A DNA stretch of 59,573 bases, the filler included. It is 4 parts of 4 records of this genome, joined end to end, with 100 filler letters (N's around TTAATTAATTAA, not from the genome) between each part and the next. Parts side by side here need not be neighbours in the genome. Positions count along the whole stretch, not along the records: positions 25,302 to 52,491 come from DRR378314_789; 3 more parts are not named here. One strand, 5' to 3'. The notes below the pieces were generated by a model, which saw nothing but the letters and a program-made list of their open reading frames with translations, ran no database searches and had not been told where the DNA came from. This document shows, piece after piece, positions 30,704-40,050 of the stretch. The position numbers and the translations under genes were made by a program. Position 1 is the first letter of the stretch; every line of letters begins with the position of its first letter.

Positions 30704-31588
30704 TTAGTAACCCGATTGGTTCGACACACCGAGCTTATCTGGATTTCTCATGATGTATATCCACGCAATTGTGCCATTTTGATCGGGCACAAGGGTGGTG
30801 ACGGAGTCCAACTGTCCAAAACGGTAGTACAGTATTGCAGGGCGGGCATTCACCATCGACATCTGGCTTGTCCAACCCTCTTCGCTTTTTGCTTTTTCAT
30901 ACAATGCGCGGAACACCTGCATGATCTCATTGCCACCAAGTAATGGTCGTCGTGCGGCACGTCTTTTGGCACCCCCGTCTGAGAGCGCGATGGTGTCGGG
31001 CGTTAGAAGTGACAATGCCGTATCAAAATCCTCAGCCATGATAGCCGAGAAAAAGCGCGCGCTTAGTTCAGCAACCTGTTCTGGTGTGGCATCAAATCGA
31101 GGACCTGTGTCTTGCAGTTTCTTTTGCGACCGGCTGACAAGTTGGCGGCAGGCGGCTTCAGTTGTGCCTAGCGTCGCCGCGAGTTCTGAATAGCTGGCGT
31201 CGAAAACCTCCCTGAGAATAAATGCCGCACGCTCTTTCTCGGTAAGACGTTCCATTGCCCACAACAGGGCCAGCCCGCATTCTTGAGCCAGTTCAAAATG
31301 ATACACAGGTTCATGAGCATCCGGTTGGAACAAGGGTTCGGGCAACCAAGGGCCGACATATATTTCGCGCTTCCGGTGAGCGGAACGCAAAGTGTCGATC
31401 GCAATGTTGGTGGCGACCCTGCGCAACCAGGCTGAAGGGTTGTCGATCTTGTCAATGTCAGCGGCTGACCACTTCAACCAGGTATCCTGCACAGCGTCTT
31501 CCGCCTCTGCACGTTCGCCAAGCATGCGATAGCAAAGCGATATCAGTTTTGTCCGCTCGGCTTCGAAAATGTTTGCAACCATGTTCAT
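30704..31588 (-). CDS. sigJ: ECF41/SigJ-type sigma factor with SnoaL-like extension
   Basis: Motifs AEDAVQD, YVGPWLPEP, SDGG and RNPDKL. Confidence 0.92.
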   Translation of the reverse strand: MNMVANIFEAERTKLISLCYRMLGERAEAEDAVQDTWLKWSAADIDKIDNPSAWLRRVATNIAIDTLRSAHRKREIYVGPWLPEPLFQPDAHEPVYHFELAQECGLALLWAMERLTEKERAAFILREVFDASYSELAATLGTTEAACRQLVSRSQKKLQDTGPRFDATPEQVAELSARFFSAIMAEDFDTALSLLTPDTIALSDGGAKRRAARRPLLGGNEIMQVFRALYEKAKSEEGWTSQMSMVNARPAILYYRFGQLDSVTTLVPDQNGTIAWIYIMRNPDKLGVSNQSGY

Positions 31589-32127
31589 CGGTGCTGTGGA
31601 ACCTGTATTGTCTTTTGCTTCACCTGGACATTGCTACAGGTTTGACCAAAGCCCAAGCCACGTTTCAAGACGGGATATATCCGCCCACTGGACGCAGCAA
31701 AGGAGGCCGCCGTGACAGCTGCGGAACCGAACCGTTTGTCGATTTCAGCGCGGATTTCTTCCAGCGCAGGGGTGTTCGCGATAGCGGCTTGCGAAAACCG
31801 AAACCCAAGCCCGACATCACCCGCAGCGGAAGCATCGCCTTGAAGGCATAGCGCAAGCTGTTCTGCCGGGACTCCGGCCTCGAGCGCCATATCGACAATG
31901 AGTTGCACACAGGGCCCACAATCCCCCTCCTGCGTTGATCCCAGCATGGCACCCGCCCAGACGTCTTGCGCCTCCTTGGGGCCCCTGAACTGGCTATACA
32001 GGGGAAGCAATGACAAGCGAACGCCGGCCATGGTCGATGTCTCAACCACGTGAGACATATAATCCGCGTCATAATTGTAGCGCTTTGCGAACTGCTCAAT
32101 ACCCATTTTCAAGAAATAACGGATCAT
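31585..32127 (-). CDS. AhpD/carboxymuconolactone decarboxylase-like protein
   Basis: DCGPC CxxC followed by A..AGV..E.L. Coupled to sigJ by overlap. Confidence 0.65.
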   Translation of the reverse strand: MIRYFLKMGIEQFAKRYNYDADYMSHVVETSTMAGVRLSLLPLYSQFRGPKEAQDVWAGAMLGSTQEGDCGPCVQLIVDMALEAGVPAEQLALCLQGDASAAGDVGLGFRFSQAAIANTPALEEIRAEIDKRFGSAAVTAASFAASSGRIYPVLKRGLGFGQTCSNVQVKQKTIQVPQHR

Positions 32128-32510
32128 GATCGCCCCCTTTCGGCCTGGAGTTTGATTGCCGCATAGAGTGCCAGAAAGGCAGGTATCTGAATGCCGATCA
32201 GGTTCGTCAGGGCAATAAGGTCTATTGGCCCCCCACGATGCACCCATATCCAGATATGCAACAATGCATGTAGGACGAACCATGAGGCCCCGAAAATTCC
32301 CGCTGATCTATCGTAGTTGAGGCCAGCCCATAGCAATGCAGAGCCGCTTGCCAGATAGGCAAGTGCGACATCTTTTGCGAAATGAAGGTTGAGAGGGCCG
32401 GTCTGCGCAACGCCCGGTACGTTGTCATACCAATGCTGCGTCGCGCCCCAAATATAGGCCCCGGTACCAAGTGAAACGCCACCGACGCCGAACAAAATAT
32501 ATCTGTGCAT
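32124..32510 (-). CDS. Small 4-TM membrane protein
   Basis: Hydrophobic segments and W...VPGV..TGPLN.HF..D motif. GGAG RBS. Confidence 0.75.
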   Translation of the reverse strand: MHRYILFGVGGVSLGTGAYIWGATQHWYDNVPGVAQTGPLNLHFAKDVALAYLASGSALLWAGLNYDRSAGIFGASWFVLHALLHIWIWVHRGGPIDLIALTNLIGIQIPAFLALYAAIKLQAERGRS

Positions 32511-32541
32511 TATATCTCCAATTCTTAGGTTTCAGAGATAT

Positions 32542-32568
32542 GACGATTTGACTTGGTGCTTTGTGACA
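32542..32568 (-). promoter_or_regulatory. ECF41-type promoter (TGTCACA-N16-CGTC)
   Basis: The minus strand reads TGTCACA aagcaccaagtcaaat CGTC, 31 nt upstream of the first gene of the sigJ operon. Confidence 0.85.
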
Positions 32569-32856
32569 TCCAATCGACAATTTAAAGCAGACATCTAAGT
32601 GGCTACAGCGCAGCCAGTTTTGCTCCGCAGGTGATGAGTTCGACCGGTGACCGGTTTTGGACTTGTAACGAATGGCAGATGCGTTTTGGGTCGTCGGTGA
32701 CGAACCTTCGGATCTGACCGTTCATCCGCCACGCGCATGTCGCATGACAAGGAAATCTGGAAACCGCGGAAAATGGGGCGAAACAAGGCAAAGCATTAGA
32801 TGACAAACCTGCGGGTATCAGCATAACTTTGCGTGACACATAAAGGGAGCCATCAG

Positions 32857-33900
32857 ATGGCAACAGCGTTGGACAATCAATTTCGCGGCAAGGGCCTGCC
32901 CGAACTGGCGCGGATGCAGGGGGCTGATGCGCACGCGGTTGCGGCCCTTTTGGCGCAATGCCCGGTCCATCAGGCGACGCCATTGATCGAATGTCCCGGG
33001 GTCGCGAGCTTGGCAGGTGTTGCACGTCTGATGGTCAAGGATGAACGCGGTCGGATGGGGCTTGGAAGTTTCAAGGCGCTTGGCGCGGCATATGCTATTG
33101 CGCGCGAAGCTGCGGCCGTTGGTGGTGTATTGGATCAGGCGTTACAGGGGCGTACCTATGTCACCGCCAGCGCAGGCAATCACGGGATGTCTGTCGCGGC
33201 CGGTGCGCGTATTTTCGGCGCGGCGGCGGTGGTTTACCTATCGCATACTGTACCAAAGCCCTTTGCCGCCAAGCTGGAAGGTCTGGGGGCAAAGGTGGTT
33301 TGGGCAGGGGGCGACTATGAGGCCAGCATGGCTGCTGCAAGCGAGGCCGCTGACCAGAACAATTGGACGCTTTTGTCGGACGGATCATGGCCCGGATATG
33401 TTGATCTGCCGTTTCGTGTCATGGAAGGTTACCGTCAGATCGCAACCGAAATTATAGCCCAGTCAAGCGACGTCCCGACGCATGTGCTGTTGCAGGCGGG
33501 TGTTGGTGGTCTCGCGGCGGCACTGGCGGCCCAGCTGCGGCTGGCCTGGGGGGAGGGTCCGCAGATGATCGTGGTGGAACCCGAAGCGGCACCCGCGTTG
33601 AGGGAGAGCATTCGCGCTGGCCGTGTGGTGGAAACACAAGGGCCGGTGTCCGCAATGGGACGTCTGGATTGCAAGACCCCTTCAATGCTTGCGCTGGCGG
33701 ATCTGGCCTATGACGCGGATCAATTTGTGACCATCACCGAGGAAGAGGCGGCAGCAGGTACCGCAGCGATGGCGGATGCGGGATTGCCTTCGACGCCATC
33801 CGGGACGGCGGGCATATCTGCCTTGCTGGCCGGGTTAAACGGTATTGATGCGCAAAGCCGTGTTCTATGTATTCTGAGCGAAGGGCCAGAGGATGCCTGA
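32857..33900 (+). CDS. Diaminopropionate ammonia-lyase family PLP enzyme
   Basis: Motifs KDE..RMGLGSFKALG, ASAGNHG and QAGVGG. Confidence 0.85.
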   Translation: MATALDNQFRGKGLPELARMQGADAHAVAALLAQCPVHQATPLIECPGVASLAGVARLMVKDERGRMGLGSFKALGAAYAIAREAAAVGGVLDQALQGRTYVTASAGNHGMSVAAGARIFGAAAVVYLSHTVPKPFAAKLEGLGAKVVWAGGDYEASMAAASEAADQNNWTLLSDGSWPGYVDLPFRVMEGYRQIATEIIAQSSDVPTHVLLQAGVGGLAAALAAQLRLAWGEGPQMIVVEPEAAPALRESIRAGRVVETQGPVSAMGRLDCKTPSMLALADLAYDADQFVTITEEEAAAGTAAMADAGLPSTPSGTAGISALLAGLNGIDAQSRVLCILSEGPEDA

Positions 33901-35059
33901 TGGATCGCTGATTTTTCCAGCGGCAGAATACCAACGTCGTGTGCGGGCATTGCAGGGTGAGATGTCGCAACACCACCTTGATGCGCTTCTTCTGACCACA
34001 CCTGCGGATGTTTTTTACGCCACAGGTTTTTTGACACGTTTCTGGGAAAGCCCGGCGCGGCCCTGGTTTGTGGTGGTGCCTTCAAATGGCGATCCGGTGG
34101 CCGTCATACCGAACATCGGGGCCGAATTGATGGGCCGGTGTTGGATCAGCGATATCCGCACATGGGATGCGCCTGATCCTGTTGACGATGGGGTTAGCCT
34201 TTTGGCGGATACCCTGATATCGATTGTGCCCAATACAGGCAGGATCGGCGTTCCGATGGGACAGGAAAGCCACCTGCGCATGCCCCTCGCAGATTTCACG
34301 CGGCTGCAAGACCGGATCGCCCCGCGCAAGATCACCGATGGCACGGCGGCAATCCACCGCAGTCGCGAGGTCAAATCCGAGGCGGAGATCGATAAGATCC
34401 GCGCGACTTGCGCGATTGCGGATGCCGCTTTTGCACATGTGCCCGAATTTGCGCGCCAAGGCGTGCCCCTGTCGCAGGTTTTCCGCAATTTCCAGGTTGC
34501 CTTGCTTCAGGAAGGGGCCGATTGGGTCAGTTATGTCGCCGGCGGGGCTGAACAAGGGGGCTACGGCGATGTGATCTCACCCGCACATGAGCGCCCTTTG
34601 CGCGATGGCGATGTGTTGATGTTGGACACCGGGGCTGTGCGGGACGGGTATTTTTGCGATTTCGACCGTAACTTTGCGATTGGGCGGGTGGGGGATGATG
34701 TGCACCGCGCCCATGCTGCGCTCTACGCGGCCACTGACACAGCGTTAAGCAACTTGCGTCCTGGTATGCTGGCCTGTGATCTGCACCGCATCATGACGGA
34801 TGAGTTGACGCGCCAAGGTGCCGTTTCCTGCAGCGGACGGTTGGGTCATGGGGTGGGGATCACGTTGACGGAATGGCCATCGGTGACCCCGCTTGACACA
34901 ACCGAGCTGCGCGAAGGCATGGTGCTAACACTTGAACCGGGGGTGCAAATTACCCCCAATCGCATTCTGGTGCATGAAGAAAACATTGTCCTGCGCGCAG
35001 ATGGGCCAGAGCTGTTGTCGCCTCGCGCACCTGCCGAGATGCCGGAGATCAGAGAATGA
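33893..35059 (+). CDS. M24 Xaa-Pro peptidase family protein (ectoine hydrolase EutD/DoeA-like)
   Basis: Creatinase N-domain plus KSEAEI, DTG...GYFCDFDR, GHGVG, LEPG and HEE. Confidence 0.88.
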   Translation: MPDGSLIFPAAEYQRRVRALQGEMSQHHLDALLLTTPADVFYATGFLTRFWESPARPWFVVVPSNGDPVAVIPNIGAELMGRCWISDIRTWDAPDPVDDGVSLLADTLISIVPNTGRIGVPMGQESHLRMPLADFTRLQDRIAPRKITDGTAAIHRSREVKSEAEIDKIRATCAIADAAFAHVPEFARQGVPLSQVFRNFQVALLQEGADWVSYVAGGAEQGGYGDVISPAHERPLRDGDVLMLDTGAVRDGYFCDFDRNFAIGRVGDDVHRAHAALYAATDTALSNLRPGMLACDLHRIMTDELTRQGAVSCSGRLGHGVGITLTEWPSVTPLDTTELREGMVLTLEPGVQITPNRILVHEENIVLRADGPELLSPRAPAEMPEIRE

Positions 35060-35802
35060 AACAAGTTGGTTTCGATCTGGTCGGATCTATCGGGTCAAAA
35101 GGCACATTGGGGCTGGTGGTTTTACAGGCCGATGAAACGATCGAGCAGGATTTCCGGCGACTTTTCCCTGATCGCGAGAGTGCAATCTACATCAGCCGCA
35201 TCCCTTCGGGAGAGGCGCTTTCGACCGAAACGATTGCCGCAATGGAGGCCGAACTATCGCGCAGTGCGCAGTTGTTCCCAAGGGCTGCGCGTTTTGACGT
35301 TGTGGGCTACGGCTGTACGTCTGGCACCACCTTGATCGGTGCAGGGGCTGTGGCCGCGATGATCAGGAAAGGTGTGGAGACCCCAGCTGTGACGGACCCG
35401 CTGACGGCGGCGCTGGCAGCGTTGCGCGCACTTAACATCGGGAAACTGGGCCTTGTAACGCCCTATGTCCAAGACATTGCCGCCCCGGTCCGCTCAGCCT
35501 TCATCGCGGCGGGGTTTTCGGTCGGTGAAAGTGTGACCTTTGGCGAAAAAGTGGAAGCGCAGGTTGCGCGCATCGCGCCAGATTCCATCAAAGCCGCAGC
35601 ACGACAGGCCGGAGTTGGCGCGCAGGCAGTGTTTTTATCGTGCACCAATCTGCGCACATTGGATATCATCGACGAACTGGAAGCAGAACTTGGCATTCCG
35701 GTACTTAGCAGCAATCAGGTGTTGGCATGGCATATGGGGCAATTGAGCGGCGCGCCATTGGCATCTGGTTTTGCAGGGCGTCTGTTAAAGACAGCGATAT
35801 GA
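35056..35802 (+). CDS. Asp/Glu racemase / maleate isomerase family protein (EutA-like)
   Basis: Motifs YGCTSG, VTPY, SCTNL and SSNQ. Confidence 0.88.
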   Translation: MKQVGFDLVGSIGSKGTLGLVVLQADETIEQDFRRLFPDRESAIYISRIPSGEALSTETIAAMEAELSRSAQLFPRAARFDVVGYGCTSGTTLIGAGAVAAMIRKGVETPAVTDPLTAALAALRALNIGKLGLVTPYVQDIAAPVRSAFIAAGFSVGESVTFGEKVEAQVARIAPDSIKAAARQAGVGAQAVFLSCTNLRTLDIIDELEAELGIPVLSSNQVLAWHMGQLSGAPLASGFAGRLLKTAI

Positions 35803-35815
35803 GCCTGATCAGTGG

Positions 35816-35850
35816 CCGCCGGTTCTCGCGCTGGCAGAAAAGACCGGCGG
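35816..35850. terminator. Stem-loop downstream of the racemase gene
   Basis: Inverted repeat ccgccggt ... accggcgg. Confidence 0.45.
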
Positions 35851-36051
35851 GGCCGTAGATCAGGTTTGTTCACTTAGACAAGGGGCTAAATTCGGGTCCA
35901 AGCAAGCGCTTTTCAGCGGGTCGCAGCCGATGGTTTGCGGTGAACCGAAGTATGAATTCAAAGCTACTTGAGCCCTTTGTGTATCTGGGCCATATCTACA
36001 GGGCCGTACCGCTTCAGCTTGGCAAGCCGAAGCACCTTTGAGGAACGTAGA

Positions 36052-36678
36052 ATGACTGAACCGCAGGCAGAGGGGCGATCTTATCCCGGCGCGGGCCATC
36101 CCATCGCGGAAAGTCTTGCAGCGGCCTCTGCGCTTGGCACGCCCCTTGTGTTCCTATGCCCCCGGAAATCGCAGAGCTTTGCAAGCGCATTTGCCGAGCT
36201 AGAGTGGCGGCTGCAACAGACCAAAGACAATATCTATTTGCTGATCGACGCGCCGCTGGGGGGCGCATTGCTGGCCGATTTTGCTGCGGCTGGTATTCAG
36301 ACCCTGCAGCTTTTCCCTGGTGACTCTGATCCTGCTTTGCTTGAAGTCGCGCCAGTCTTGGTGCCATGTTCAGATGCGCAAATGGTGCTTGAGCGATTTC
36401 ACAGTTTCTGGGCGCGCGGCTTTGCAAGTATTCTGACCTCGCGTGCTGATCCTCAGACGCTGCATTTGCATCTGCGCAAAATCCTCTATGTTGAGGTTCC
36501 CGGCGGCGAGCTGTGTATCTTGCGGTTTCATGATCCACGGGTCCTTAACCGCATTGCGGAAGTGTTGATGGAAGATCAAATCGATGAAGTATTTCAGGAT
36601 GCTATTGAAAGCTTCATTTTTGAAAATGCAGGGGGCGATGTTCAAACGTTGACACGTCCTCAGGTGGTGGCTGAATGA
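36052..36678 (+). CDS. DUF4123 T6SS effector chaperone/adaptor
   Basis: YLLIDA, LF.G......VAP.LV, L..HLR, and LRFHDPRVL (the DUF4123 R(F/Y)xDPRV motif). Confidence 0.85.
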   Translation: MTEPQAEGRSYPGAGHPIAESLAAASALGTPLVFLCPRKSQSFASAFAELEWRLQQTKDNIYLLIDAPLGGALLADFAAAGIQTLQLFPGDSDPALLEVAPVLVPCSDAQMVLERFHSFWARGFASILTSRADPQTLHLHLRKILYVEVPGGELCILRFHDPRVLNRIAEVLMEDQIDEVFQDAIESFIFENAGGDVQTLTRPQVVAE

Positions 36679-37460
36679 TCCGGATTTCGGCAGAACAGAT
36701 GTTGGCCTTTCAGGATAAGGCCATGCAAACCTTCATCGGGCGCGTGGTGGATGAGCTTCCTGGCTATCGCGGTGCATTGGTGGAAGGGCGATCCCGCTCT
36801 GATCTGTTTCAGGTCGCTTCGCTCGCGGTTGAGCGGGCAGAGGGTTATGGTTTGGACAGCGAGCGGGCGTTGTTCCTTTATGCCAACCTGTCGGTAACGT
36901 TGGGCGCATATTTCGATAGTGACCCGGCGTTGCCTTGGGCTGCCGACCGTCTGGCCGACGACAGCTATCTTGCGAACGAAAAAATCACTGACGTCTGGAA
37001 TTGCTACATTGACTATTGTGAAGCGGTCATGGGTCCAGATGAGGAAGCCTATGTGCCACGGCGTGCATTTGAGGCTTACTGTGCCATGCCTCCGCCAATG
37101 CCGGACGATGGAACCATTCAGCCAATTGTCGAAGATTTCAGATTGTTCTGGCCTGAAAAAGTCGATTTGATTGGGGAAGAGGCGCTAAGATTGCATGTCT
37201 TGAGCGCGGGAAAACGGGCTGCGGATTTGGGCCTCTCGGACCATGCGGCGCGGGTCAGATACTGCCGCATCGCTTTCTTACTGGGTCATGCTTTTGATGC
37301 TGATCCTCTGCATGGCTGGGCGTGGCCGGCATTGGGCGGTACATCCGGTCAGTCAGATAGCGAGGTAATGGACGAGGTTGAAATGCAGTTCAAAACTCAT
37401 GTGGTGCAGGCCGTGATTGACTGGGTTGAGCCTGAAGATTCAAACGATGGTGAGCGCTGA
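36675..37460 (+). CDS. Putative co-chaperone with two internal helical repeats
   Basis: MIRISAEQM N-terminus and two repeats ending LG..FD.DP...WA. ATGA overlap with the DUF4123 gene. Confidence 0.6.
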   Translation: MIRISAEQMLAFQDKAMQTFIGRVVDELPGYRGALVEGRSRSDLFQVASLAVERAEGYGLDSERALFLYANLSVTLGAYFDSDPALPWAADRLADDSYLANEKITDVWNCYIDYCEAVMGPDEEAYVPRRAFEAYCAMPPPMPDDGTIQPIVEDFRLFWPEKVDLIGEEALRLHVLSAGKRAADLGLSDHAARVRYCRIAFLLGHAFDADPLHGWAWPALGGTSGQSDSEVMDEVEMQFKTHVVQAVIDWVEPEDSNDGER

Positions 37461-38680
37461 TGGCAGCAAGAGGCAGATTTGATGCAGATTCCGCGGTTGG
37501 GTTTTGTGAAACTTGCCCCGGACAGCTGCCACCTGACTGTAATCGCGAGCGTAATCGCATCGAGCGCGAGTGCGGCCCGTCTCGCGGTGAAAACAGACGG
37601 TTCGTAAAGGGTCGGGAGCGGTATAACAACCGCCGCGTACCGCGCAACAGGACCCGCCGTTCGGTTCAAGAACGCAACATGACGTGGAAAGACCAGCATT
37701 GCGGCGCGGCGCTTATGCAGGTCAACAGCAGTAACCTGCGCGAGCGTATGGAAGAACTGAACAGCCTTGCGGACGACATGTTTGCAGATATTCAGCAATA
37801 CGCCATCGATGCGGGGGTGCAGATTGCGGGAGAGCGGCTTGAACGCTGGGCATTGGCGTCAGGCGGCCGGTACGCAGCAAGCGCGTTATGCGGGGTCGCG
37901 GCGGGTGTGGGTGCGGCGGTTTGTGCAGGGGCTGCAACAGTCGTCAATGTGCTGAGCGGGATTTGGAATGTATTTGCTGGCGTTTTCGATGCGCGTCGTA
38001 CCGCCGCCAGAATCAACGACATGGTTGAATCCCTCACTTTGATCCGCGGCAATGCAGAAGCGGTTCTGCGCGCTGCCGACAATCCTGCTGAACTGGCACA
38101 GGCGCAGCGCAATGTTTCTGCGGCAATGGCCGCCGCCGCAGAGGCGGACGACTGTCTGCGTGCGCGCAAGTGTTTTCTGGTGCCCTACGATCCGCCAAGC
38201 ACCAATAACCCGCAAGGCCCGGCATCCATGAACCAAAGCGGGCGGGGAACCTCGGGTCTATTTGATACAGGGCCGCTGGATTTGTCTGACAGCCGTGGCT
38301 GTTGCCCGGGCCAGACCGGTCACCACCTGATACCGCGTGCGATGGTGGATCATTGCCCCGGTTACAACAATGCCAGACATAATCAGGCCCCAACAGTGTG
38401 CGCGGAAGGTGCAAACCACTCCATGGGGAGTCACGGCCAGCTTCATTCCGCAATGGATGCATTGACCCTGCGCCGACACGGCGGCGGGGAACCGATGAGC
38501 ATGGATGATGCGATGGACAATGCGGTTGCCTCTATGGAGGACAGCGGGGTGGGCGACAATTGCCGCGAGGATTGTATCCGTGCCCAGCTTGAAAGATTCT
38601 ATGGGGATATGAACTGCACACCGAACGCCGTGGACCGCAATGGCAGGCCGGTGGCTGGCAATACACAAGAGGACGAATGA
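37460..38680 (+). CDS. Polymorphic toxin with C-terminal Tox-GHH2 (HNH/EndoVII-fold) nuclease
   Basis: CCPGQTGHHLIP...APTVCAEG.NH..GSHG.LH...C..DCIRAQL..FY, plus a central Gly/Ala-rich hydrophobic segment. Confidence 0.82.
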   Translation: MAARGRFDADSAVGFCETCPGQLPPDCNRERNRIERECGPSRGENRRFVKGRERYNNRRVPRNRTRRSVQERNMTWKDQHCGAALMQVNSSNLRERMEELNSLADDMFADIQQYAIDAGVQIAGERLERWALASGGRYAASALCGVAAGVGAAVCAGAATVVNVLSGIWNVFAGVFDARRTAARINDMVESLTLIRGNAEAVLRAADNPAELAQAQRNVSAAMAAAAEADDCLRARKCFLVPYDPPSTNNPQGPASMNQSGRGTSGLFDTGPLDLSDSRGCCPGQTGHHLIPRAMVDHCPGYNNARHNQAPTVCAEGANHSMGSHGQLHSAMDALTLRRHGGGEPMSMDDAMDNAVASMEDSGVGDNCREDCIRAQLERFYGDMNCTPNAVDRNGRPVAGNTQEDE

Positions 38681-39750
38681 GCGTGGCAAAGACGTGGGAT
38701 CAGGTTCTAACCGGTATGGTAATTGTCTCAGCGGCGGTTGTTGATGATGAAACTTTTGTCTTCGGGGCAAATTGGGATGAAACCTATACCGGCCCCAATC
38801 CGCCCCGCCAGACCAAGCTTTTGGCCTGCGAGTTAAGTGAAGGCTGGAGTGGTAAGCGAAATTCGAACGGGTATGATTTTGCCCGCACCGCGGGTGGAAA
38901 TGGTCAGGCATTGTTCAGTGATGCGGCGGGCCATGTGACCACCTTTGATTTCAAAACCGCTCAACGGGGTATGGAGCCGGATATGCCGGTGCGGGGCACC
39001 ACCGGTGTGGCGCATATTGGAGAGCATTTTTATGCCTATGGTCTGGGCCGCAGCTTTTTGCGGCGCGATGCGGCAGGCGAGTGGTCGGTGCTGTCCGGGG
39101 TGACCGGCAGCCTGAAAGAAGAGCGCGCCGCAGGCCAATATGTCGCGATCGCAGGCACATCCGATAAGAACATTTATCTGGCGCTTAATCGAAAGGGCGC
39201 AGCACCAGAGATCCACCATTGGAACGGCAAGAAGCTTACCACCATTGCGCTGCCCGACGCTGTCACCTCTGAGCTTGACCCGGACCCGATTTTTTTGTGG
39301 GATATGTGCTGCGCTGCGGATGGCAGCGTTTATCTGTCTGGCAAAAAGGGCGAGCTTCTGGTCGGCACTATCGAAGGTTTTGCCCCGCTGATCCCGCGCA
39401 AGGAGAGATCACTGCCCGGCATGAACCTGTGCTGGTTCAAAGAGAAACTCTATGGCGCAATCGAAGCGGGTTTGTTTGTGTTTGACGCGAATGAATTGGT
39501 CTGGAAACCTGCACCTTTTGTCGAAGACGAGAATGCCCCCGTCAATTTTCCGATCCTTGATGCAAATGAAAATGTGATGCTGGTTGCGGGCGGATTTGGG
39601 GCCAGCATATTTGACGGCAAGGAATGGCAGCGTATCGCAGGGGATGTGACACCGCTGGACAGGACACGCCTGTATTTGATGGAACGTCAGGTCGAAGATC
39701 TGGGCGCGTTGCGCGACATTATGAAAGACCTACCGAAGGCCGATCAATAG
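38677..39750 (+). CDS. Putative immunity protein (beta-propeller-like)
   Basis: Overlaps the toxin stop. Repeated blade-like motifs (IAGTSDKNIY, HWNGK, FDGKEW). No signal peptide. Confidence 0.6.
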   Translation: MSVAKTWDQVLTGMVIVSAAVVDDETFVFGANWDETYTGPNPPRQTKLLACELSEGWSGKRNSNGYDFARTAGGNGQALFSDAAGHVTTFDFKTAQRGMEPDMPVRGTTGVAHIGEHFYAYGLGRSFLRRDAAGEWSVLSGVTGSLKEERAAGQYVAIAGTSDKNIYLALNRKGAAPEIHHWNGKKLTTIALPDAVTSELDPDPIFLWDMCCAADGSVYLSGKKGELLVGTIEGFAPLIPRKERSLPGMNLCWFKEKLYGAIEAGLFVFDANELVWKPAPFVEDENAPVNFPILDANENVMLVAGGFGASIFDGKEWQRIAGDVTPLDRTRLYLMERQVEDLGALRDIMKDLPKADQ

Positions 39751-40050
39751 ATTGCCAAATAGGCTCTGCCGAATTTCATACCCATGTTGTGGCTATGGTT
39801 TGACCTGTCGGGCGCGTTGCAAACATCGCGAGCTGGAGGCATGAAAACCCTGTTCCCGGATCTGGGTTGGCATCTGTGATTATTGGCGTTCTATGAACGC
39901 CGCGCGGTGCAGGGTGCAACCACTTGTTCCGAAGGCGGGGACCGGCTTGGTGCGCCTAGGGGAAGCGGCGGTGCAACCCGGTGATCATTTATCAATCGAT
40001 CACCGCGCAGCCTTGTGATCTGAGACAGAGCCGTGTTTTGGGATTGCGGT

